Translations under genes and position numbers: made by a program
From: Bacteroidales bacterium
GTDB taxonomy: Bacteria; Bacteroidota; Bacteroidia; Bacteroidales; JAADGE01
Reading direction: 5' to 3'
DNA length: 40,918 nt
Assembly (NCBI GenBank): GCA_029934705.1
Contig: JAOZLS010000002.1
Span: 1 to 40,918 of the forward strand
Shown here: one piece after another, positions 29,418-37,214 of the stretch
How positions within the stretch are numbered: position 1 is the first letter of the stretch
How the letters are laid out: each line of letters starts with the position of its first letter
The notes under the pieces: model-generated
Seen by the model: only the letters and a program-made list of their open reading frames with translations
Databases searched by the model: none
Told to the model about the DNA's origin: nothing

Positions 29418-30569
29418 CTATTTATCTTTTTCAGAAGCATCAAGGTTCATTCCTAGTGTTCCTATTAATCTATCAATTCCATTAAAAAGATACTCAATAC
29501 CGTAACCTGCAATAAAAGCAAAACCGGCTGTTGATAACGATTCAAGAAAAGAAATTTGCTGATTTTCTATATCACCCCATAATAAACCAACGATTAATCC
29601 TGCAATAGCTCCTAAATGAATTCTTAATGAATATTTTATATTTGAAAATTGCGAAAAAACTCTATTTTTAATATCGGGGACTAAACCTCTAAGAACAAAT
29701 ACAAACCCACCTATTAAACCATATAATAATGGCAAAATATATAATTGTAAAATTTGAGTAAAATTTTGGGCTTCTTGTACGACATTTATATATTCAACTT
29801 TTTGAGAAGTTGCTGCATCATTGCTTCCTGGAGGACCTCCGCCTGGTCCTGAAATTTGTCGTGCTACAGCCTCTACTTCTGCATCAGAATCTTCTGTTGT
29901 TGTACTCTTTCCCAAAAGTCTGTTTAATGAAGTTAATTTCCGAATTGTATATACCCAAGGCTTTAAAAGTTCAATACTTCCTCTTTTTTCATCATCGAGT
30001 TTTCCCTTTTCGCTTTCAAGCCTATAACGCTCTAATATAGCCCTTTCATTTGTTTCATCTGCTTTAATTAGAAGTTTTACCTCACCTATTCTAAAATCTA
30101 TTTCGGTAATTCGTTTATTACTCATTTGAATGGTGTTTAAAAGAGTATTTCCTTTTAATGTAAACACTTGAACAATAAGCATTACTACTATCCAAAATGA
30201 AGTTAAAGTTAAATAACGTTGAACAGAACGTTTTGAGAATGAGGACTTCAATTTTATTTTAAATATTTTTTGGAATAAGTTAGGTCTTGTAATTTTTCGT
30301 ATTTTCGTTGCTCTTAAACTATCTATTGATACTGGCTGTACCATTTTAGACAAGTTTTTATAAGCCATCCAAAATTTAATTTCAATTTCGTTATCCCATA
30401 CATTTTTTTCATTGCACTGTTTTGCTGCAATTAGTGTTTCTACCCAATCTTCTCTAATATCAAGACCTGTTTCTGTTGCAAAATTCAACAATAACTCAGA
30501 GTTTTCAACAGCACTAGATAATAACAATGAAGAATCGGCATGACTCTTACTATCGGCAATAACTTCCAT
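29418..30569 (-). CDS. Uncharacterised membrane protein with a soluble N-terminal domain, TM, coiled coil, Pro/Gly linker and a C-terminal glycine-zipper TM bundle
   Basis: 383 aa with no signal peptide. About 118 soluble residues precede TM1 (residues ~119-138). A charged helical segment spans ~150-215, followed by an acidic, Pro/Gly-rich linker (GPGGGPPG). Three C-terminal TM helices are at ~273-293, 315-333 and 345-362. One of them is a perfect GxxxGxxxGxxxG zipper (GAIAGLIVGLLWG, nt 29574-29612). I recognise no family. Confidence 0.6.
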   Translation of the reverse strand: MEVIADSKSHADSSLLLSSAVENSELLLNFATETGLDIREDWVETLIAAKQCNEKNVWDNEIEIKFWMAYKNLSKMVQPVSIDSLRATKIRKITRPNLFQKIFKIKLKSSFSKRSVQRYLTLTSFWIVVMLIVQVFTLKGNTLLNTIQMSNKRITEIDFRIGEVKLLIKADETNERAILERYRLESEKGKLDDEKRGSIELLKPWVYTIRKLTSLNRLLGKSTTTEDSDAEVEAVARQISGPGGGPPGSNDAATSQKVEYINVVQEAQNFTQILQLYILPLLYGLIGGFVFVLRGLVPDIKNRVFSQFSNIKYSLRIHLGAIAGLIVGLLWGDIENQQISFLESLSTAGFAFIAGYGIEYLFNGIDRLIGTLGMNLDASEKDK

Positions 30570-30593
30570 AAATAGAATAATTAATTATAAAAA

Positions 30594-30628
30594 AACAAAA
30601 ACTTCGCTAAAAATACGAAGTTTTTGTT
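30594..30628 (-). terminator. Hairpin terminator after the 155-aa gene, 24 nt upstream of the next start codon
   Basis: A perfect 13-bp stem AACAAAAACTTCG (30594-30606) pairs with CGAAGTTTTTGTT (30616-30628) around a 9-nt loop. On the minus strand it is followed by TTTTTATAATT. Confidence 0.55.
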
Positions 30629-30655
30629 AAAAAGCCTTTACTTTTCTCTAAATTT

Positions 30656-31123
30656 CTAGTTTACATATATCTGAAACCTAGAAATATCACCAAATTTTAT
30701 TATTTGACCATCTGCTTTTGACACAACTTGTACTTCCCACCAGCCATGTCTGATATTGCCTCGAGACGATAAAGTTGTAAAAGTTTTATCGCTAGAACTA
30801 GTATTTGCATTGTAAGAGACTGTATATGAATCCATAAATTCTTTTTGAGTTACATAATAGTAAAACCATTTGAATTCAAACTTTAATTGCTCTTGCGAGT
30901 ACTTCTTTAAAAGTGATTTATCAAAATGTAATTTCAAACTTAATTTTTGAGGTGTAGTAATTCCTTCTTTATAAGCTTTTTCTAAAGAAATAGATTTTCC
31001 ATCAACAACCCACTCTGCATAAGTGGGAGTTATTTGTGCATTCACAGTATTTATATAGCTAAAAGAAATTAATAATGTAGCCAATAATATTAACGCTGTT
31101 TTTTTAAGTAGATATTTTTTCAT
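30656..31123 (-). CDS. Small secreted or periplasmic protein of unknown function
   Basis: 155 aa. It has a signal peptide with a probable cleavage site at VNA-QI and a beta-rich mature part ending in HGWWEVQVVSKADGQIIKFGDISRFQIYVN. It starts 55 nt downstream of the BNR gene. Confidence 0.6.
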   Translation of the reverse strand: MKKYLLKKTALILLATLLISFSYINTVNAQITPTYAEWVVDGKSISLEKAYKEGITTPQKLSLKLHFDKSLLKKYSQEQLKFEFKWFYYYVTQKEFMDSYTVSYNANTSSSDKTFTTLSSRGNIRHGWWEVQVVSKADGQIIKFGDISRFQIYVN

Positions 31124-31178
31124 TTTCCTGTATTTTTATGATTCTATAATAAATAAGTCAAATTCTATACCACAAAAA

Positions 31179-32744
31179 CTATTTTAGGTAAACTATTTTT
31201 TTTGTGAAACGTTTTTGTCCTGAAATTATCTCCCAAAAATAAACACCTTCGGTAAAAATACTCTTATTTGGAGTAAAACTTACAATATAATCTCCTGGAG
31301 TTTTTATTGTATCTTTAATTACTAATTGTATTACTTTGCCAGCATTATCTATTATATTTATAGAAACCAACTCTTTCTTTTTAACAGTATATTTTAAAGT
31401 ATTTTCATCACTAAATGGATTTGGAAACGATTTCATATTATAAAAATCATTTGCTGTTTTTTCTATTCCTAATTCATTAAAATCAATTACAGATGTAATA
31501 AGCGAGCGAGATGTACCATCGGCACGTATCCAAATAGGATGCACAATATTATTATACGCGGTTATATTTGTATAGTCGCCAAAAAAGATTCCTGCATCTG
31601 GCAAAAATGGTGTTTCACTAATTTTGACATTTTCAAACGAATCTCCCCCATCCTGAGAAATTGCCATATACACATCTGTATTATTATTAGTGTAATTTCT
31701 TCTGTCATAAAAAATAATATAAACAAAACCTGTAATAGGGTCAATTGTCATCCATGTAAAAAACTGTTGTTTTCCAGAAGCATCATCATTTACACGAAAA
31801 GGCTCAGACCATGTACTTCCTTCATCCATCGATTTAACAATCCAAACATCAGTATCCTCCGTGCCATTTCGCTGGTCGGTCCAATTTATATAAATTGCTC
31901 CATGATTTTCACTTCCCGAAGTATCGCACATTATAACAGGCAAACCATTTGCTCTATTTATTCCTGGAATATCATAAGTCCAACCATCAATAAAATCGCA
32001 AATATCTATATCATTTTCTAACCAAGTATTTCCATTGTCATAAGATTTATCAAACATAATTGCTAACGAACCATCGACTCTTTGTCCTGCCCACGAAACA
32101 TAAACGTTACCATTAACGCCAACTGCTGGTACAGCTCCTTCAACTGTATAATCATTATCAAGGCAATTTCCAGCTGTTTTATTTATCCGCATTGCTTCTG
32201 ACCAAGAACCACCTTCATCTTCCGACTTAGAAAACATAATATATGAGCTATCATTTGAATTTGCACTTCCATAAGCATCAAACTCCGTCCATGTTAAATA
32301 AATAAAGTTATTATTTTTATCAATAGAGGCCCATTCTTTATCTTGATCTTTTGTTCCATTTAAACCTGTAAAAGAACCATTGTTCCACGTAGTTCCGGCA
32401 TCAGTAGATTTCTGGCAAACAATTCTATCTATCCAGTTTCCTACATCGGGGTTTGAAAGATGAAAAAAATAAAAATCACCATTATTATCGGTTATCACAC
32501 AAGGATCACCCCAAACACCATAGGTAGAAGTTAGGGTTTGCCGTGTCCACGTATTACCACCATCATTTGAATTAAAACAAAAATTCAAGTTAGTACCAAC
32601 CACCAATTCTTGCGGATTATAAACATTAACTACAATAGATGGTTCGCTTGTACTCCCAGTATTATCAATAACTATATTAGTAATTTGAGCAAAAAGCCCA
32701 TTTGAGAATATCAAAATAAGAAAAGTTAAGACCGAAGCTTTCAT
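31179..32744 (-). CDS. BNR/Asp-box beta-propeller (sialidase-like) protein with a T9SS C-terminal sorting domain
   Basis: It has a signal peptide. Six Asp-box (SxDxGxTW-type) motifs are present: SNDGGNTW, STDAGTTW, SEDEGGSW, SYDNGNTW, SMDEGSTW, SQDGGDSF. The C-terminal ~85 aa end in GVYFWEIISGQKRFTKKIVYLK (T9SS CTD style). I did not see the sialidase catalytic Arg triad or an FRIP motif, so substrate is open. Confidence 0.85.
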   Translation of the reverse strand: MKASVLTFLILIFSNGLFAQITNIVIDNTGSTSEPSIVVNVYNPQELVVGTNLNFCFNSNDGGNTWTRQTLTSTYGVWGDPCVITDNNGDFYFFHLSNPDVGNWIDRIVCQKSTDAGTTWNNGSFTGLNGTKDQDKEWASIDKNNNFIYLTWTEFDAYGSANSNDSSYIMFSKSEDEGGSWSEAMRINKTAGNCLDNDYTVEGAVPAVGVNGNVYVSWAGQRVDGSLAIMFDKSYDNGNTWLENDIDICDFIDGWTYDIPGINRANGLPVIMCDTSGSENHGAIYINWTDQRNGTEDTDVWIVKSMDEGSTWSEPFRVNDDASGKQQFFTWMTIDPITGFVYIIFYDRRNYTNNNTDVYMAISQDGGDSFENVKISETPFLPDAGIFFGDYTNITAYNNIVHPIWIRADGTSRSLITSVIDFNELGIEKTANDFYNMKSFPNPFSDENTLKYTVKKKELVSINIIDNAGKVIQLVIKDTIKTPGDYIVSFTPNKSIFTEGVYFWEIISGQKRFTKKIVYLK

Positions 32745-32831
32745 AAAATCAATTTTATCAGGTTAAAATTCAAATTTAACACATTTTTTTTAAAAAAATA
32801 AAAATAGTATCTTTGTATAAAATCAGATAAT

Positions 32832-33098
32832 ATGGATGCAACATTAAATATAAAACTAAAACTAAACCAAAGACTAGCCCTATTCCTGCAACTAGATAAA
32901 AATAAGCGTACTTTAATCTTTTAAGAATTTTCTGATGAATGGCTTACATACCAGGGCTTAACTAACGCGGCTCCTTTAAGTTTTAACGAATATAATAAAA
33001 AGCTAGAACAGGGTAACAATGATTATAAAAATGGCGATTTTATAAGTCACGAACAAATGCGTAATGAAATAGCAAAATGGAAAAATCAAAAAATCTAG
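32832..33098 (+). pseudogene. Antitoxin-like frame (addiction-module component type) interrupted by an in-frame TAA
   Basis: The frame runs from the ATG at 32832 to the TAG at 33096-33098 and is open except for a TAA at 32922-32924. It reads MDATLNIKLKLNQRLALFLQLDKNKRTLIF*EFSDEWLTYQGLTNAAPLSFNEYNKKLEQGNNDYKNGDFISHEQMRNEIAKWKNQKI. The C-terminal part resembles the ...L..DY..G..IS.EE...EI.KW tail of small Bacteroidota antitoxins. It overlaps the toxin start by 22 nt. Downstream of the TAA there is no in-frame ATG, GTG or TTG until the ATG at 33057-33059, 13 codons before the stop. A TATCTTTG box lies at 32808-32815. Confidence 0.5.
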
Positions 33099-33385
33099 TT
33101 TGGTCTATTAGTACAAATCTCGACCTGAGAAATATTTATGGCTATTATTCTCAATTCTCAACAAATATTGCTAATAAAATTATTAACCGTATTTTTGAAA
33201 AAGCATCTATTCTTAAAAATACTAATGCTAACAAAATTAGGCAAATAAACGAATACAACAGTAATTACAGACGATTAATAAGTGGAAACTATAAAATATT
33301 TTATAAAGTAAATACTGAAGAAATTCTAGTTGTAAGAATATTTGATAGCAGACAAGACCCTAAGAAATCAATTTTAGTAGAATAA
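33077..33385 (+). CDS. ParE/RelE-superfamily type II toxin
   Basis: 102 aa. The pattern is LVWSISTNLDLRNIYGYY... (W-S..A..DL..I..Y), RRLISGNYKIFYKV....ILVVRIFDSRQDP. It matches plasmid-stabilisation (ParE-like) toxins in length, motif order and overlap with an upstream small frame. Confidence 0.75.
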   Translation: MEKSKNLVWSISTNLDLRNIYGYYSQFSTNIANKIINRIFEKASILKNTNANKIRQINEYNSNYRRLISGNYKIFYKVNTEEILVVRIFDSRQDPKKSILVE

Positions 33386-33915
33386 TCCTTATTCTTCCTA
33401 CGTTTTGTATCCTAATGACAAATATTGTTTTTCGTGAAAATATCAAATTAATATTTAAACATTTTAATTATGCAACAAACTTTTTTTACATAACCCTCTC
33501 TTAATCAATAAATATCACCATTTAATACAAATACATTCAAAAAGAGAAAACCCTCTTAAATCACTCAAAAACACGCTTTTACGTCATTTGCATTAAATTT
33601 CAACAAATTCAAGAACAAAAACTAATCATATATACCTAATAATCAGTAAATACGAGCTAAAAGGAACCTTATTAATTAAAATAGGGAAAAAAACGTACTA
33701 TCTCTTATTTAAGAGTTAATGCCTCTTACCCTCACAATATATTATAAAGCAAGCTATGCAAAACCAATTGCTTGGTACATTTTTATACCCTGAGGATTTT
33801 GAAAACCCTCAAGGTATAAAGACCAAAAACAAAAAAAAATCACCTCATTTAAGCTAAGTTCAACAAATATTCCATAATTTTAACGTTTTTATTTTATTAA
33901 CAATAAACATAAACT

Positions 33916-34491
33916 ATGAAATTAGTATTTGCAACCCATAATTTAAACAAGCTACAAGAAGTTTCTCAAATAGTTGGTTCAAACTTCGAAATTACAAGCC
34001 TAGAAGATATAAACTGCAACGAAGACATTCCTGAAACTCAAGACACAATTGAAGGTAATGCGTCGCAAAAATCATTTTATGTTTTTAATAAATTTGGCTA
34101 CAATTGCTTTGCCGACGATACAGGACTTGAAATAGAAGCTCTTGATGGCAGACCTGGAGTTTACTCGGCAAGATACGCCGGTGAAGGCTGTAATTTTGAA
34201 GACAATGTAGTTAAAGTTATGAAAGAACTAAAAGGCGTAACAAACAGAGCTGCACGATTTAAAACTGTAATTTCTTTAATTATTAATGGTAAAGAGTATT
34301 TATTTGAAGGAATTGTTAATGGCAAAATAATTGAACAAGAAAAAGGTGATAGTGGTTTTGGATACGACCCAATTTTTATGCCCAATGGTTACAACAAAAC
34401 TTTTGCAGAATTATCGTCAGCAGAAAAAAATAAAATTAGCCACAGAGGAATTGTAACAAGAAAATTAGCAAATTTTCTTGAAAACTTGTAA
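33916..34491 (+). CDS. rdgB: Non-canonical purine NTP pyrophosphatase (RdgB/HAM1 family)
   Basis: 191 aa with [42 protein letters not shown] and ISHRG motifs. Confidence 0.9.
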   Translation: MKLVFATHNLNKLQEVSQIVGSNFEITSLEDINCNEDIPETQDTIEGNASQKSFYVFNKFGYNCFADDTGLEIEALDGRPGVYSARYAGEGCNFEDNVVKVMKELKGVTNRAARFKTVISLIINGKEYLFEGIVNGKIIEQEKGDSGFGYDPIFMPNGYNKTFAELSSAEKNKISHRGIVTRKLANFLENL

Positions 34492-34545
34492 TAAATACCT
34501 ATTATTTATTGTTATAGAAAAATAAATATCGAAAATATCTTAAAT

Positions 34546-36864
34546 ATGAAAATTTCATTCAGTAAGGCTTTCTTTTCAGCAACAACATTTATTATTTTAT
34601 TTACTACACAGCTTGTAAATTCGCAAATTGCTGTAAACACATGGCGAACACATTTTTCTTACGACAATATAATAAGTATTGCTGATGCAGGCAATATAGT
34701 TTATGCCGCAAACGAGCTAAGTCTTTTTTCTTACGAAAAAGCAGAGGGCTATATTGAAAAGCTTAATAAAGTAACAAACCTATCCGATGCAGGAATAAGT
34801 TTTATTAACTATAATAAAAAATCTAATAGCCTTTTTATTGCATATTCAAATTCCAATATAGATATTATTAAAAACGATACAATTTTTAATTTTTCGGAAA
34901 TAAAAAGGAAACAAATTAATGGTAACAAAAGAATCAACAATGTTGCTTTTAAAGGCGACACTGCTTATTTAGCCTGTGCTTTTGGAATTGTTTTATTCGA
35001 CACTAAAAACTTAGAATTTATTGACACTTACTATATTGGCGAAGATGCTGCTATGATTAATGTCAACAAAATCACCTATACCGATACTCATTTATATGCA
35101 GCAACTTCAAGCGGAATATATTATGCCGATTTTTCTGTATTAAATATTGCTGATTACAGAAATTGGGTAAAAATGACTGATATTCCAACCCCTGACTTTA
35201 GTTGTAACGAAATAGAAAGCAATGGAGATATTATTTATATATCTCAGACTCAAGATGAAACAGGAAAAACGATAGTCTATAAATATGATAATTTCACCAC
35301 AACAATATTTGATTCCGAACTTAATTGGTTACATTCAATTGATAAAAACAACGATTTAATTACATTTTGTAACGATGGAAAAATTAAGGTATATAATAAA
35401 TACGAAAACATTGAATTAAGTACCGGATGGTATTCATTTGAAGACACATCTACATGGTTAAAAGCAAATTATGCAATTACAGATGATGACAAAAACTTAT
35501 GGATAGCTGATAAGAGATTTGCCTTAGTCGGAAAAATTTATCAAAAAAAGACATACAGTATAAAACCCAATGGGCCACGAAAAAACTTTATTTCAAAATT
35601 AATATATGCCAACAATAAAATATATGCAACATCAGGCTCAGGCACAAGCCAAAGCTGGGCTGTTCCAGAGTATTTTATTTTTGAAGAAGAAGAATGGTCG
35701 TCATATAAATTAAATGAAGAGAATGTTTTTCAATTCTACCCAATTGCTGTACATCCCGACAACCCTAACCGTTTATTTTTGGGCAGCTGGACAAAAGGGA
35801 TATATGAATTCATTGACAACAAGCTTGTTAACAACTACAACGATGCAAATAGTAGTTTGCAAAACTATTCTGGCTACACACGTATTAATGATTTAATATT
35901 CGACAATAATAAAAATTTATGGGTAGCAAATTGGTATGTTGGAAAACCCATTTCGGTTTTAACAGACGAAGGAAATTGGCACAGTTATAATTTCAATGGG
36001 CAATTAAATAACAAAATAATAACAGGTATAACCCTTATGAGTAACAATACAAAGTGGTTAAAGATAGGGCAGAACTCAGGGATTTTCGCTTTTAATGATA
36101 ACGATACACCTGAGAATGAAGACGATGACCAATATAAAAGTTTCTATCCTATAACATCCGAAGGCGAAGTTGTTTCTCAAAACATATACTCAATTGCCGA
36201 AGATTTAGACGGGAATGTATGGGTTGGTACTGACAATGGAGTTGTAATATACTATAACCCAGACGATATTTTTGAAAACAACCTTACAGCCGAAAGAGTT
36301 CAACTTACATCTTATGGCAAAGACACAACAGAGCAATATCTTTTATCAACCGATATGGTAACAAAAATTGCTATTGACGGAGCAAACAGAAAATGGATAG
36401 GTACACAAAGCTCGGGTTTATTTTTAGTTTCAGAAACAGGAAAAGAAGAGATTCATAATTTTAATGTAAATAACAGTCCCCTACTCTCAAACACAATTTA
36501 CGACATAGCAATAGACCCAAAATCTGGTGAAGTTTTTATAGCAAATGCCGGAGGAATTGTTTCTTTTAGAAGCGATGCTACAAAAGCTCCTGATTATTTT
36601 GAAAATGTTTACGTTTTCCCAAACCCAGTACGCCCAGACTATACAGGAAAAATAACAATTACAGGACTTGCACAAAATGTGAATGTTAAAATAACAGACA
36701 TTTCAGGTAACTTAGTATTTGAAACCAAAGCACTTGGAGGACAGGCAATTTGGGATGGAAATACATTAAGCAATCGAAGAGTTAGCACAGGAGTATATAT
36801 GATTTTTTGTACAAACACTGACGGTTCTCAAACCTTTGTAACAAAATTACTATTTATTAATTAG
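34546..36864 (+). CDS. porZ: Two-propeller protein with a T9SS C-terminal domain, PorZ-like
   Basis: 772 aa. It has a signal peptide and the N-terminal WRTHFSY motif. Repeated two-component-regulator-propeller-like blades are present (NLWIA, NLWVANW, NVWVGTDNGV, RKWIGTQSSGLF). The CTD reads VYVFPNPVRPDYTGKITITGL..NVNVKITDISGNLV...GGQAIWDG...VSTGVYMIF. Size and architecture match PorZ as I recall it. The symbol is tentative. Confidence 0.65.
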   Translation: MKISFSKAFFSATTFIILFTTQLVNSQIAVNTWRTHFSYDNIISIADAGNIVYAANELSLFSYEKAEGYIEKLNKVTNLSDAGISFINYNKKSNSLFIAYSNSNIDIIKNDTIFNFSEIKRKQINGNKRINNVAFKGDTAYLACAFGIVLFDTKNLEFIDTYYIGEDAAMINVNKITYTDTHLYAATSSGIYYADFSVLNIADYRNWVKMTDIPTPDFSCNEIESNGDIIYISQTQDETGKTIVYKYDNFTTTIFDSELNWLHSIDKNNDLITFCNDGKIKVYNKYENIELSTGWYSFEDTSTWLKANYAITDDDKNLWIADKRFALVGKIYQKKTYSIKPNGPRKNFISKLIYANNKIYATSGSGTSQSWAVPEYFIFEEEEWSSYKLNEENVFQFYPIAVHPDNPNRLFLGSWTKGIYEFIDNKLVNNYNDANSSLQNYSGYTRINDLIFDNNKNLWVANWYVGKPISVLTDEGNWHSYNFNGQLNNKIITGITLMSNNTKWLKIGQNSGIFAFNDNDTPENEDDDQYKSFYPITSEGEVVSQNIYSIAEDLDGNVWVGTDNGVVIYYNPDDIFENNLTAERVQLTSYGKDTTEQYLLSTDMVTKIAIDGANRKWIGTQSSGLFLVSETGKEEIHNFNVNNSPLLSNTIYDIAIDPKSGEVFIANAGGIVSFRSDATKAPDYFENVYVFPNPVRPDYTGKITITGLAQNVNVKITDISGNLVFETKALGGQAIWDGNTLSNRRVSTGVYMIFCTNTDGSQTFVTKLLFIN

Positions 36865-36900
36865 AGTCTGTCTTTAAAATCTCTAAATATTCTAATTATT

Positions 36901-36990
36901 GTCATTTCGACTGGCAGGAAGAAATCTTAATGCCCTAGCTAATAGCGAAGAAGATTTCTCAATTTTGAAAAAAAATTATCGAAATGACAT
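36901..36990. repeat. Nested palindromic intergenic element (REP/MITE-like)
   Basis: Outer arms are a perfect 11 bp: TGTCATTTCGA (36901-36911) and TCGAAATGACA (36980-36990). Inner arms are a perfect 9 bp: AGAAATCTT (36921-36929) and AAGATTTCT (36952-36960). AATGAC is repeated again at 36993-36998. The element is G/C-enriched relative to the spacer. Confidence 0.6.
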
Positions 36991-37073
36991 AAATGACGAC
37001 TTTTTGGACAAACACTAATTTGGCAGATTTTCATAACTCGTAACCGATAACTTTTTTTTATTATCGTTTAAAA

Positions 37074-37098
37074 TCCCCCTAACCCCCTTAAAAGGGGG
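37074..37098. repeat. C-tract/G-tract hairpin motif, second copy of the motif seen at 44-65
   Basis: The sequence is TCCCCCTAACCCCCTTAAAAGGGGG: CCCCC (37083-37087) pairs with GGGGG (37094-37098), preceded by a direct half-copy CCCCCT. Compare 44-65, CCCCTAAATCCCCTAAAGGGGA. Both copies share the layout C4-5 / TAA / C4-5 / T-AAA / G4-5. Confidence 0.5.
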
Positions 37099-37214
37099 AA
37101 TTATTCTCTGCAACATATAACAGAATATACTTAAACATATTCCTTTGCTCGATAATTCGTAAAAAAAATATTGATTATTAAAAGTATTATAGCTCGCAAC
37201 TCGTAACCCGAGTA

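Noticed and set aside
29810-30040. Two overlapping plus-strand ORFs (76 and 68 aa) inside the 383-aa membrane-protein gene
   Set aside because: They cover the Pro/Gly/acidic linker region in antisense and are low-complexity. The minus-strand frame is far longer and has coherent TM and coiled-coil organisation.
31539-32021. 160-aa plus-strand ORF inside the BNR gene
   Set aside because: It is antisense to a gene with six in-register Asp-box motifs and a T9SS CTD. The product is Ile/Cys/Asn-rich and has no features.
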